Assembly (NCBI GenBank): GCA_963770945.1
Contig: CAVYRP010000010.1
Span: 33,190-97,189 of the forward strand
DNA length: 64,000 nt
Reading direction: 5' to 3'
From: an uncultured Bacteroidota bacterium
GTDB taxonomy: Bacteria > Bacteroidota > Ignavibacteria > UBA10030
Shown here: piece after piece, positions 11,611 through 23,333 of the stretch
How positions within the stretch are numbered: position 1 is the stretch's first letter
Layout of the letters: each line of letters begins with the position of its first letter
Translations under genes and position numbers: made by a program
The notes under the pieces: model-generated
What the model saw: only the letters and a program-made list of their open reading frames with translations
Databases searched by the model: none
Told to the model about the DNA's origin: nothing

Positions 11611-11646
11611 AAATAAAAAAAGGCATCCGTTAGTAGCGAATGCCTT
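11611..11646 (-). terminator. Rho-independent terminator of the hdr/met/glt operon
   Basis: Stem AAGGCAT(11620-26)/ATGCCTT(11640-46). On the minus strand it is followed by TTTTTTTATTT. Lies 155 nt downstream of the metV stop. Confidence 0.7.
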
Positions 11647-11801
11647 CTAATGTAACTTGTCTAACAGATGAATTTCATGCAGATATAGAAAACTATAGAT
11701 CGACTTGCAGGAAAATTACAAGGACTTTTTTACCCGGCTTATTGTAAAGGATACAACAATAAGTGATTAACAATTTAATTTATACCGGTAAATTCTCCTT
11801 T

Positions 11802-12470
11802 TCATATCCTATGATCTTCACGAATTATAGTCCTGCTGCCGCCGCTTATGCTTGTGCTCCAATTTTTAACCGGATATTCTTTTGAGATTTTATCCAATTG
11901 GCCGATATCTTTTAATCGTTTATAAATTAACTGCCAAGCGCATGGCTGGTCAGCTCTAATTTCACATCTATCTTCTCGTGAGCCGCCGCAAGGACCATTT
12001 AGCATGTGTTTTGCACATCTCGTGATTGGACAAATACCGCCGAAATCGGACAATACACACGTTCCGCATTGCATACATTTTTCTGTCCATACTCCCCTTG
12101 ATTCAAGGATACCGAGGAAAGCTGTATCAAGGCCTGCATAAACCGGTGTACCCGGAAAACGCTCTGCTATAGCTTGTACACCTGCACCGCATCCCAGTGA
12201 AAGGACTGCATCGTTTTTCTTGATTTCTTCGGCAGCGCTTTCTATAAAAACATTGTCGCACTGACGCTCGATCGTAAATTCGTTGACTTTTATCTTCTTG
12301 CCGGCTTTTCTCGACGCAATCCGTAAAGCCGATGAAATTATGGAAACTTCCCTTTCGCCTCCGGCAAGGCACACTGTAACGCATGTACCGCATCCAAGGA
12401 CAAGAACATTTTTATGTTCTTTAACGGCATCGAATATTTCAGGTATTTTTTTTCTCTGTGCGACTATCAT
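11802..12470 (-). CDS. metV: MetV-like protein (methylene-THF reductase C-terminal domain, Cys-rich)
   Basis: 222 aa. Cys-rich signature CGTCVLSDFGGICPITRCAKHMLNGPCGGSREDRCEIRADQPCAW, as in the MTHFR_C/MetV partner of MetF in acetogens. Confidence 0.75.
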   Translation of the reverse strand: MIVAQRKKIPEIFDAVKEHKNVLVLGCGTCVTVCLAGGEREVSIISSALRIASRKAGKKIKVNEFTIERQCDNVFIESAAEEIKKNDAVLSLGCGAGVQAIAERFPGTPVYAGLDTAFLGILESRGVWTEKCMQCGTCVLSDFGGICPITRCAKHMLNGPCGGSREDRCEIRADQPCAWQLIYKRLKDIGQLDKISKEYPVKNWSTSISGGSRTIIREDHRI

Positions 12471-12494
12471 TGTAAATCCGCTTTATTAAATTAT

Positions 12495-12968
12495 TTATTC
12501 ATGTGAATTAAGCGTTTCAAATTCTTTATATTCTCCTCCCGAACCGTCGTTTGTTTTTCGTACCGGATTCGGACCTAATTCTTTAACAGTATTCACCATT
12601 TCATTTATTGCCGAAACTAAATTCGTTGCCATTGCGGCCGAATTGTTAATCATTCGCAGGCGTTCTTTTTCAATGCCGCTTTCCTCCAGAATGACCTGAA
12701 TTGAATTTACCCGTTTCTTTGCAAAGAGATTGCCGTCTATAAAGTGACATCCGCCCTCAAGGCATCCTGCCACTAAAACCCCGTCGGCGCCGTTTTCGAA
12801 TGCACGCATGTAGTATTCTGTTTCGAGTCGTCCGGTGCAGGGCGTACGGATGATTCGAACTCCTGATGGATACTGCAGCCGCATCGATCCGGCTAAATCT
12901 GCTGATGCATAAGCACAATAATGGCAGCAAAAAGCGATAATTTTCGGTTCAAATGTAGTCTCGTTCAT
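12495..12968 (-). CDS. mvhD: MvhD/FlpD-like hydrogenase iron-sulfur (delta) subunit
   Basis: 157 aa. IIAFCCHYCAY..RIIRTPCTGRLE..VLVAGCLEGGCHF is the classical MvhD pattern. Confidence 0.85.
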   Translation of the reverse strand: MNETTFEPKIIAFCCHYCAYASADLAGSMRLQYPSGVRIIRTPCTGRLETEYYMRAFENGADGVLVAGCLEGGCHFIDGNLFAKKRVNSIQVILEESGIEKERLRMINNSAAMATNLVSAINEMVNTVKELGPNPVRKTNDGSGGEYKEFETLNSHE

Positions 12969-12970
12969 TT

Positions 12971-15900
12971 TTATACAGCTTCTTCTATGTTTAATAATTT
13001 ATCTATCATAGATTTGAAATGGTCCGATTTGAAATGATTAAGCTGGATTGCATGAGCCGGGCATTCAGACGCGCATATTCCGCAACCCATACATTTTGCT
13101 TTTTCAATTTCTGCTTTGTGGTTGTCGTTACAATACGGTGCACCGAACGGACAGGCGTTTACACAGGTCATGCATGAGATACACTTATTTTGATTTACAA
13201 TCGAAACCTGTGCTCCTACTTCCAAATGAGTTTTTGAAAGAATCGTAGCCGCACGCGCAGCAGCAGCCTTTGCCTGAGTTATATTCTCATCCAACATTTT
13301 TGGCGAATGGGCCAATCCGCAAACAAACAAGCCTTCAGTAGCAAAGTCCACAGGCCTTAATTTCATATGGGCTTCTACATAAAATCCGTTTGCATTTAGC
13401 GGTACTTTGAGCATGTCCGAAATTATTTTATTTTCTTTTTCGGCCTTAATCCCGGTGCTCAAAATAAGATGATCAGCTTCTATGACGATACCATCCGGAA
13501 AATCGGGACTATCCAATTTAACCGAGCTTAATACGCCATTAACATCTGAAACAGCAGGCAAATTGTTTTCATCATATCTTATAAAGACAACTCCTGCTTC
13601 GCGTGCTTGTTTATAATAAACCTCCCTGAATCCGTACGTTCTGATATCTCTATATAATACATAAATATTGGCAGTCGGATCTTCTTCTTTAATTTTGAGT
13701 GCATTCTTGATTGCCATCGAACAACAAATTCTGCTGCAGTACGGATTCTCTGAATTACGCGAACCGACGCACTGTATCATCACGTAGGTTTGCCCTGTTT
13801 TTTCAATTCTCTTACGGTTCAGAAAACTCTCAAGTTCCGTTTGTGTCATTATATTCTTTACGGTTCCGTATGCGTATTCTTTCGTTTCGGCAGGCCTCGC
13901 ACCGGTTGCGATTATGACAGCACCGCAAGTAAATTCTTTCGGTTTGCCGTCTTTCGTAATACTAATTTTAAATTCACCGATATGTCCCGACACGTTTTGG
14001 ACAATTGAATTTAAATGATAATCTATATTTCTATGTGTACTGAATTTCTCAATCAGATCGGACTTGAATTTATCAAGGTTCTCGTTTTCAAGCGTGGAAT
14101 GGACTATCGTCGATATTTCCGCCTAATTGGGAAGATCTTTCTAATAGTTCGACATCGTATCCTTGTTCCGCCAACGAAAGCGCAGCAGACATTCCGCTTA
14201 CGCCTCCTCCGATGATGACGGCATTCTGATGAATTGGAATTTTTTCTCCTTCGAGAGGCGATAGGCCGTATGCCCTTGAAATCGACATTTTAACAAGTTC
14301 AATTGCTTTTTTCGTAGCATTTTCCGGTTCGGAGGAATGAACCCATGAACACTGATCTCTAATGTTTGCTAGTTCGAATAAATATGGATTTAATCCGGCT
14401 TCCCGCAATGTCTCGCGGAAAATAGGTTCGTGTGTCCTCGGGGTGCAGGAAGCGACTACAACTCTATTCAACCTGTTTTTTACTATTTGCTCTTTAATAT
14501 TGGATAGGCTTGCATCGGAGCAAGTATACATAGTATGAGAGCTAAATACAACCCCTGGCTGATTCTTAATCGAATCGGTTACCTTTTCCACATCGACAGT
14601 TCCGGCTATATTCATTCCGCAATGACAGACAAATACTCCTATCCTTGGTTTTTCATCGGTAACGTCGTGTTCATATGGATATTCTTTTGATACCACCAAC
14701 GTATCCTTGGCAGGCGACAACATTTCCATAGCCATAGCGGCAGCGGCACTTGCCTGCATAACTGTTTCAGGAATATCTTTAGGTTCCTGCAAAGCTCCTG
14801 CAACAAATATGCCCGGCTTGGATGTCATTAGCGGCGACAACCTGTCTGTTTTACAAAAGCCGTGTTCATTAATGACAATTCCAAGCTTGCGTGCACCTTC
14901 AGTCACGGATATTTTCGGGTCCATACCCACGGCCAATACTACAAGATCAAAATCTTTTTCCGTATAACCTTTTACAGGATCAAAATAGGCCAACCGCAAG
15001 TCGTTCGAGCCTGGCATTTGAATAATTCGTGAAGGTATGCTTTTAACATATTCAACATTTTTCATCGCACGGGCGCGTTCATAATATTGATCAAAATCTT
15101 TTCCATATGCCCTTATATCCATATTAAATATAGTACCCTGCAATCCAAGCGCATGTTCGGAAGCAATCATGACCTGTTTGGTAGTAGCCATACAGCATAT
15201 GGATGAACAGTATTCATTTCCAGGTTTCGATTCACGGGATCCAATACACTGTATCCATGCAATTCGTTTTGCTTCTTTGCCGTTATCCCTGCGTACGACA
15301 TGGCCAAAGGAAGGACCAGCAGCAGAAAGCATGCGTTCAAATTGGACGCTTGTGAGCACATTGGCATACCGCTTGAAGCCGTATTCGCCCTTTTGCTCCG
15401 CGTTATACTCATCAAAACCGGTTGAAAGAATGACCGCGCCAACTTCAAGATCCAGCTTTTGGTCATTCATTCCATGCTCGACCGCTTTCTTTTCGCACGC
15501 CGAAACACATTCCATGCATTCCGAGCATTGAGCACAATTCAAGCACCTTTCAGCTTCGGAAATTGCATTATTTTCTGAAAATGGAAATTCGATCTCATTA
15601 AAATTGTTTATGCGGTTTTCTACACTAAGTTCATCGGCAGAAGCACGATTCTTTTTTGCGATATTCTTTTCCGACGGCAGCAACTCCTCCGGAACAGGTT
15701 TTAGCGAATGTTCAAACCGATTAGGCAGCATATCTTCGTTGTTCAAATAGCGTGCTATAGATTCTGCTGCGCGCTTTCCTGCAGCAACTGCCTGTATCAC
15801 GCTCGCCGGACCGGAAACATTATCTCCACCGGCAAAAATTCCTTCCGCAGAAGTTTCAAGTGTAACAGGATTAACTTTAAAACATCCGCGTTCAATATCA

Positions 15901-17429
15901 ATGCCGATATGTTTCGTTAAGTCATTATCAAGCATCTGGCCTATTGCAACTATTATCTGATCAGCATCAATTTTAATTGTCTTATTTTCATCGTAGGAAG
16001 GTTTAAATTTTCCGTTTGGATCAAAAACGCTTGTACACTGTTTAAGTTCTATTCCTGCAACGGACCCGTTACCAAAGATTTGTTTTGGTCCCCATCCGTT
16101 TCGTATTACAATTCCTTCTGCAATTGTCGCTTCAATCTCTTCCTTATACGCGGGCATTTCATTACGCTGCTCAAGCGAAATCAGTTCAACTCTTTTAGCG
16201 CCGAACCTGAGAGCCGTTCTTGCCACGTCAATCGCAACATTGCCGCCCCCGATGACGATCACGTTTTCCTTAACTAGCGGCTTGTCTTTTTCATTCGGAG
16301 CCTGCCTGAGGAATTCAACACCATAATCTACGCCTGTTTTATCCTCACCGCTTATACCTAATTTTCTGCTGACATGCGCACCGGCACTGACAAAGACCGC
16401 ATCATTTTCTTTCTTCAATTCGGTAAAATCTTTGTTCTTACCGATAGTACAATTCAAAACAATTCGAACACCTTTGCGCTTTATCAGGTCTACTTCATAA
16501 TCAAGTATATCTTTTGGAAGCCTGTATCTTGGAATTCCGTAATAAAGCATTCCGCCCGCAGAATCTCTCGATTCGTAAATCGTAACAGCAAAACCTCTGC
16601 CGGCAAGATCGTCGGCAGCAGTTAATCCGGCAGGACCGCCGCCAACTATTGCAATTTTTTTTGCATCCGGGGAAGGATTTTTCTGCCCGGGCAATTTCAG
16701 AGTCCCGGATTTATAGAGTTTTATTTCCTGATCTGAAGCAAACCTTTTTAATTGCCTGATCGCAAGCGAACTGTCCACCCTAGAGCGAGTGCAGGCCGTC
16801 TCGCATGGAGCAGGACAAACACGGCCGCATATTGCGGCAAGCGGATTTCTTTCGCGTATGAGATTGACCGCTTTTAAATACTCTTTTTTCTTTATTAATT
16901 GAATATAGCCCTGAACATTAACATTAGCCGGACATTTCATCCTGCATGGAGCATGTCCGAGTTTTAATATGCTGGGTTTATTTGGAATTGCCTGCGCATA
17001 ATATTTTTGTATAGCTTTTCTTGTACCAAGATTGCGGTTAAATATATCGCTTAATTCCACCGGACATGCTTTTGTGCATTCTCCGCAATCGTTACAGATT
17101 TTTTCATTGATATAACGCGGTGATTTTTTAATTGTAACCTTAAAGTTGCCCGGCTCACCTTCAATTTTTTCCAGTTCGGAAAGAGTAAGAATTTCTATAT
17201 TTAGATTTCTGGCACATTCCACTAACTTCGGCGAAATAATACATGTTGCACAATCGCCCGTTGGAAAAGTTTTATCGAGATGAGACATCATACCGCCGAT
17301 GGCTGCAGAACGGTTTACCAGGTAGACTTTATAACCAGAATTCGCAAGATCAAGAGATGCCTGAACTCCTGCAATACCGCCGCCTTCGACCAAAACAGCA
17401 CCGATCATCTTTTTCTTTTCAATTTTCAC
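12971..17429 (-). pseudogene. hdrA: giant HdrA-like flavoprotein (HdrL type: HdrA + GltD/NfnB-like NAD(P)H module + second HdrA), frame broken once
   Basis: ORF 14088..17429 (1113 aa) contains:
- an FAD fold, VEGGGIAGVQASLDLA;
- the HdrA motif DKTFPTGDCATCI;
- an inserted GltD-like block (IAIVGGGPAGLTAADDL, VIGGGNVAIDVAR);
- an HdrA C-half;
- the start of a second HdrA (AVIIGGGVSGMSAAL).
ORF 12971..13993 continues that second HdrA and ends with 2x CxxCxxC. Hand translation bridges them (..LGGNIDD / IVHSTLENENLDKFKSDLIEKFSTHRNIDYHLNSIVQNVSGHIGEF), requiring one indel near 14105. Confidence 0.8.
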
Positions 17430-17446
17430 AAATTAACCTTCCTTCA

Positions 17447-18319
17447 TCAATAACTTTTTACGGCTTCAATAATCGGTTTCGGCGAAACTATGCATTTATC
17501 CATACCAAGCTTTTCCGGTGTAATACCTAAACACAGGCCTACAAGCTGGGTTATATATACAATCGGAATGTTATAGCTGGTTTTTTTTACTTTATTTATA
17601 TCGCTTTGCCTTAAATCCAAATTTACCTGGCACATAGGACAGGCGACTGCCATACATTCAGCACCGGATGCTTTAGCCATGCCTAATATGGAATTGGAAA
17701 GTTCGATAACAATATCTGTTCGTGTAAGAGCAAATCCGCCGCCGCAGCATTCAACTTTATGCGGCCAATCAATACTCTCGCCTCCCATAATTGTTACGAG
17801 GTCGTCCATAATCGTAGGATTTTCAGGATCATCAAAATTAGTCACTCCTCCCGGCCTTACCAGCAAACATCCGTAGTAATTGACAACCTTTAATCCTTCT
17901 AATGAATGCGTAAAAGATTCCTGCAGCTTTTTTATACCAATGTCTTTTAATAAGTAATTCTACAAAATGAATTACATTTACACTGCCGTCATAATCTTCT
18001 CCTAACGATTCGCTGACTTCTTTTCTGATATCGGGATGCATTTGGATTTCATAATTAGCGACTTTCATCCTATTATAACATGCCGCGCAGAATACAACCA
18101 TATCAAGTCCCATCTTCTTTGCCAATTAGAAGGTTTGCAGCAGGAAGAGCAAGAGAGAGAATTTTATCGGTGTGGTGCGCTGGTGTTGAACCGCAGCATG
18201 TCCAGCCCTTCGGTTCGATCAGTTCGATGTCCAAGAGCTCGTGCAACTTCACAAATCGACATGTATTGATCGATAGCTGTAGATTCTGCTGAACATCCGG
18301 GATAATATGCATATTTCAT
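17447..18319 (-). pseudogene. hdrB: heterodisulfide reductase subunit B-like (two CCG domains), frame broken three times
   Basis: Four overlapping ORF pieces rebuild MKYAYYPGCSAESTAIDQYMSICEVARALG/IELIEPKGWTCCGSTPAHH..NLLI/AKKMGLDMVVFCAACYN..ELLIK/DIGIKKLQESFTHSLEGLKVVNYYGCLLVRPGG..KVECCGGG..ACPMCQ. Apparent single-base insertions lie near 18237, 18122 and 17940. Confidence 0.85.
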
Positions 18320-18482
18320 TTTCAAATATTTCTTATATGTTGCTGCATTATGCAAATATTTAATTGGTGACAGTATTCACCCTGTTACATTTAAAATATG
18401 TAATCGAGAACTCGTTTTCTTTAAAAATATTCAGATCCTCTGCTGCTTCTATGATGCACCGTAAAGACTTTTGCTGCAGGAT

Positions 18483-19059
18483 TTATTCATTGCTTTGATA
18501 ATTACTCCGGCTTTTCCCGGTCTTAAATATTCTTTTTACATATTTTTTATCGGCTTTGAACGACGGTAATAATGCTATTTTTCTTTTTTGAAGCATCATC
18601 GGAAATTTATCAGTGTCCTGAAAATAGCTCGAAGTCCCAACTTTATATGCTGCAATCATTCCAAGGTCGTATGTCCTGCCAAATATGCTTACTGTTTTCA
18701 AAAACCATTTGTTAAACAGCGGAACATTGCCTTTCTGTTTAACGTGTATTTTTCCTGAGAGAAATAATTCGCAGTGCGTCCATGACTGCAGCCATATCAA
18801 TTTGCATCGGACAGCGTGAAAAACAAGTATCGCAGGAAGCGCACATCCATACGAGATCGCTGTTTATTATTGAATCGCCTTCATTGAATTGCAGTCTTCT
18901 GATGATTTCCGAAGGAGGCACTTTGACCAGTGTTGCAACCGGACAACCGTTGGTGCATTTTTTACATTGCAGACATCCGGCAACATCCACGCCGGATATT
19001 TCTTTAACTGCATTGTATATTCCTGTTTCCCTTTTATTTTTACTTATCACAAGATGCAT
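18483..19059 (-). pseudogene. hdrC: heterodisulfide reductase subunit C-like (2x4Fe-4S), frame broken once
   Basis: ORF 18739..19059 carries CLQCKKCTNGCP and CASCDTCFSRCP. ORF 18483..18800 continues it in another frame. The shift lies within 18739-18800. Confidence 0.8.
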
Positions 19060-19077
19060 ATATTATCCGAATAAATT

Positions 19078-21745
19078 TTATTCTAATATTTCTTCAGCAA
19101 GCTCATCAACTTCCTGCTCTTCGCCGTAAACATCTTTTTCCGGGGTAGACGGTGTACCTTCAATACTCGGCGAGACTTTACGATAGACCTTCTTAGGATC
19201 AAGTATTTTACCGTTCACAGTTAATAAATCATCTATTTTAATTCCAAAAAGCTTTTCATTCTCAGTGAGATACGGTAATATCAATTCCCAATCTTTTTCC
19301 GTAAAAGGAGAAAAGATGCACCCATTTAATTGCTCGCTAATTAACTTCCTTTTAGGATCCCTGATAAATGCGGCTCCTCCCGAAGCCAAAGAAAATAAAT
19401 TGCTTCCCGGGTAAGGCTCGGGAAGAGGTACAATTTGGCCTTCTTCATTAAACTTCATACCGTTTAGAATAACAAAGCCGCCTTTATTGTGCGGGTCACC
19501 CGCCATAAACGATTCACCGAGAAAATCAAGACTTGTACCATTAATAACAATTCTAGGCCTTCCGACTGAATTAATCATCGGACGTCCGGCAGCATTTCCC
19601 TTTACAAAGATAGAACCTCCTTTAGCGCCGTATAAGAAGGTCTGCCCTACATCTCCGTGTATCACTAATTTTCCATCCTTGATTATCTGGCCCAGCTGGT
19701 CCTGAGAATTGCCATGAACGGTCACTGACATTCCGTCGATTCCGGAACCGAGATAATCACCCGAGCTGCCGTAAACATCTATAGACACGTCATGCGTTTC
19801 AGGCCCGAAACCGCAGCCAACATAACGCTGACCTGCACATTGAAACAGGATAAAATTCTTCCAGCCTAATCTGTAAGCCCTGACAATAAGCATTGCGTCG
19901 CATTCATCGCCTTCCGGCGGAAATTTCTTTGAATCGACTACCAGTATTTTTTCTTTGCCTTTTGGCTCCCGAAGATCGTTTCTTGTTTCAAAATCAATTA
20001 AACGATATTCTAACGATTCATCTTTTTCAGAATGAAGTTTCGGAATACTTTTAAAAAGAGAATCGAGTTCTGTCCGTATTATATAGAGAATGTGTGAACG
20101 CCTTTTCGCGCCAGTCTTATAATTTCTATCATTCAACAACGTCAGTGCATTTATCGCATAAGATGTCTGTTCGCTGTTTTTACCGAAATTTCTAATCGCC
20201 TGGCAGGCTATACGAATATCATCGAAAGACCACTGCGGGATACTATCCCTGACAAAATCAAAAATATATTTTCCGGCAGATGCGTATTCGGTAATTATAT
20301 TTTCGATTGGTTCCTTATTTCTTGAATCAGGAATATCTTTTGTGAAATCACATCCTTCGGTTTTTTCAGTTATGGCAACCGGAATACCGAACTTATCTTT
20401 GCATTCGAGCCTATGTTTGCCTTTGTCATCTTTCACAATATCAAATATAAATGCACCGCCGTCCGAATAGCTCCCGCCGCGGGCATTCCAGTACTTATCG
20501 GCAACAGGGCAAATCCGTTTGTCATCTTTTGCAAGACTTGCAAGTGTAGCATCGATAGCTTGCTTTTCGGAGCCGATAATTCCGACCTGAACTTCCCCAT
20601 CAACAAATGCAAAGACCTGCGGTCTCAGCATTGCAGTATCGGTGATTCCAAGCAATTGGAATTTGCGGCTTTCTATAAGATTACGCGCTATGATGAAGAA
20701 CCATGGCCCATCCGGAGAACCGTGCATATGCGTCGCCTGAATTGCCCTGTAAATTTCCTGCTTTTCTTTGGGCAACCGGTCAAAGTCAAGTTCTGTTGTC
20801 GGAGCCAATGCCTCTATAATATATTCCACAGGATATTTGTAAATTCGAGACAATAAATCGAACATCAGCGCCGAAACTTCGGTATCGGTAATAAATTGGG
20901 GATAAATATTACGCTGCTTTAAATATTCCGTTACCGAGTGATAATTAGCAAAATCGCCGTTATGTACCAGCGCCATATTCATTGCAGTAAACGGATGAGC
21001 ACCTCCCGGATGCCAGACCCGGCCTCTTGTCGGATATCGTTGATGTGCAATCCAGACATGAGCACACAGGTCATTTATCTTATAATATTGCGTTACAGCT
21101 TCAGCATAACCGACGACTTTCAGAATCATAATGTTACGGCCCTGCGACATCACAAAAGCCCTCTGCTTTTTCGCCGAAACATAAAATTCATTGTTGAGTT
21201 TGAAGCTGTTTTGGTTTACAAACTCATCTTCGATATCTCGCCGGTCAAGGCCTGTAAAATTGTTTTCTGAAATGAATTTATTCAAAACGCTGTCTTTTAC
21301 ACGTACAAAATACCTGTATACATCCGGCGGTTTGACTTCAAGTCCGGGAACACTTTTCCAATCAATTGACCGTATCGAGTTTTGCAGATTTTTTTATATC
21401 GAACACAGGATTAACATATTTATTTTCAACATCGTGATGGACAGATGCATCAAGATATGCTATATGGAGCATGTAGCAATCGTCGAGAACCTCCCTTGAT
21501 ACACCTAATTGTTCAGGAATAAAACCGACCGCTGCTATTCCACCGCCTTTACCGTTGCCGCGATTATGCATCAATCTTGAAGGTTCATGGATATGCTTGC
21601 CGGGAACCGGCTCAGTACAGCAAAAACCTACAACTCCGCATCCTCCTTCAGCTTCCATAGACAATCGATTTATCCGGCATTTGAAGGACTTCATTGAGAT
21701 TTCTTTTCGATTGCAAGTATATTTATCTATATCCCTGCAATTCAT
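19078..21745 (-). pseudogene. glutamate synthase large-subunit modules fused: class-II glutamine amidotransferase (GltB1-like) + GXGXG domain (GltB3-like), frame broken once
   Basis: ORF 21362..21745 holds the Ntn nucleophile region (..GGCGVVGF.., HNRGNGKGGG). ORF 19078..21285 holds AHQRYPTRGRVWHPGGAHPF.., LVHNGDFANY and the C-terminal GXGXG repeats (GSSGDYLGSGIDG..HGNSQDQLG..HGDVGQTFLYGAKGG..VKGNAAGRP). The join ..KLDTVN/DWKSVPGLEVKPPDVY needs one base removed near 21362. The true start may be the internal Met at about 21658 (MEAEGGCG). Confidence 0.8.
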
Positions 21746-21755
21746 AGACTTACTG

Positions 21756-23333
21756 TTATCTTATTTCTGTTTGTTTTGAGATGTCCAGATGTATTAACAA
21801 GTCTGTTCTTCCTCGTAGTTCATTAATGCTCTTCAACCGAGACGTCTTAATATATCTTTTAATCCGATTGACCATGCATTGTAAAGATTAATGATCCGCT
21901 GTGTTCCCCACTCAATGTAACTTGGGAGGCAAGCTCCGGATTTGTTGTCGCAATACCTCTGGGGCACCCTTTTCCGCTTTCACATCTGCTGCATCTTAGA
22001 CAGCACAGCGCTACCAATTCTGCCGTTCCAACGACGACTCCGTCGGCGCCGAGGCAAATTGCTTTTGCAATATCATAATAATTGCGTATACCGCCGCTCG
22101 CTATTAATACAACTCCGTCGCGGACACCTTCGGTTGAAAGAAAATTATGAACTTTCGGGATGGCATAGTCTACAGGCATTGCAATATTCTTCTTAGCGAT
22201 ATCAGGAGCTGCTCCTGTGCCTCCATACCCGCCGTCTATATGTATGATGTGTGTGCCTGCATAATAACTTCCAACTGCAACCATATCGACGTCGGTTGGA
22301 GTTGAAACCTTTGTAGAAATAAGAGCCCTCGGATTTACATGTTTCATCCAATCGATGTGTTTCATATGATCTTCGATTGAATAGACGCTGTGAAATGGAA
22401 ACGGAGAGAACAATGGAATTCCCTGGACCGCTTCGCGCATTTTCGCTACTGCAGGAGTATTCTTGGTTCCCAGCAAATGGCCGCCTAACCCGGGTTTCGC
22501 GCCCTGCGCATATTTGAATTCTATGATTGGAACTCTTTGAATAGTCTCTTCTCTCACACCGAAAAGTCCAGTAGCTACCTGCGTAATCATATGATCGTCG
22601 TATGGTCTCAGGCGTTCCATGTAACCGCCCTCGCCGGAGCATGAAAAAGTATTCCATGCCGCGCAGCCGCTCGCACTTTTGATAACTGTGTGATATTGCT
22701 AATGGAACCAAACGACATCCCTCCACCGTACCAAGGAACGTCAATTTTTATCTTAGGCCTGCCGTCATTTCTTCTATTCAATTCAAGGCTCAGGTCAATT
22801 TCATCTGAGTCAACTACAGCTGGATTTTCCGGATACACAATTCTGATTCTATCGAATCCTCCGCCAGAGCTGCCTGTTTCATATTCAAAATCATAGTCCC
22901 CGGGAATTAGTTCTCCAGTTTCGGCCATCTTCCATGTTGCAAGAATCATGTCCGAAGTCCATCGATAATCCCCTAAAACTTCCATCATAGGATTTTTCAC
23001 CAATCTTAAGGCACTGTTCGGGCATTTTGCTACACAAAAATTTTCTGTTTTTGCGCAAACGAAACCATTGCATTTATAGCTTAGCGGAGCGGCAAATAAC
23101 TTATAACCTTCCTTTAATACGTGTACACCTTTTGCGCATGTCCTAACGCAAGTGCCGCACATTTTACATCTTTCTTCATCGCGATAGATAAGATATTTAG
23201 CGATCTCGTTGCGGTATCTCGAAGGAGCCGGTTTAATTTTTCTTTCTACTTCGACCTGCGGAACACGGGTCTTAAAAGTGTTCCGGGGGAGAATTTCTTC
23301 CAGATTTTTTTTATCTATTAAAGATCTGTCCAT
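21756..23333 (-). pseudogene. glutamate synthase FMN-binding module (GltB2-like) with N-terminal ferredoxin domain, frame broken about three times
   Basis: CKMCGTCVRTC / CVAKCP ferredoxin motifs. These are followed by VPWYGGGMSFGSIS, EFKYAQGAKPGLGGHL, IHIDGGYGGTGAAP and IASGGIRN. Frame switches lie near 22650, 21895 and 21810. The hand-read tail ..LEWGTQRIINLYNAWSIGLKDILRRLG(L)KSINELRGRTDLLIHLDISKQTEIR* stops at 21756-58. The start at MDRSLIDKK (23333) is my choice and overlaps the upstream stop. Confidence 0.75.

Noticed and set aside
14088-14110. Selenocysteine (TGA) read-through as explanation for the break in the giant HdrA
   Set aside because: Reading the TGA at 14088-90 as Sec gives ..FHA-U-KREP followed by another stop. 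The conserved continuation (IVHSTLENENLDKF..) is in a different frame, so an indel is required rather than recoding.
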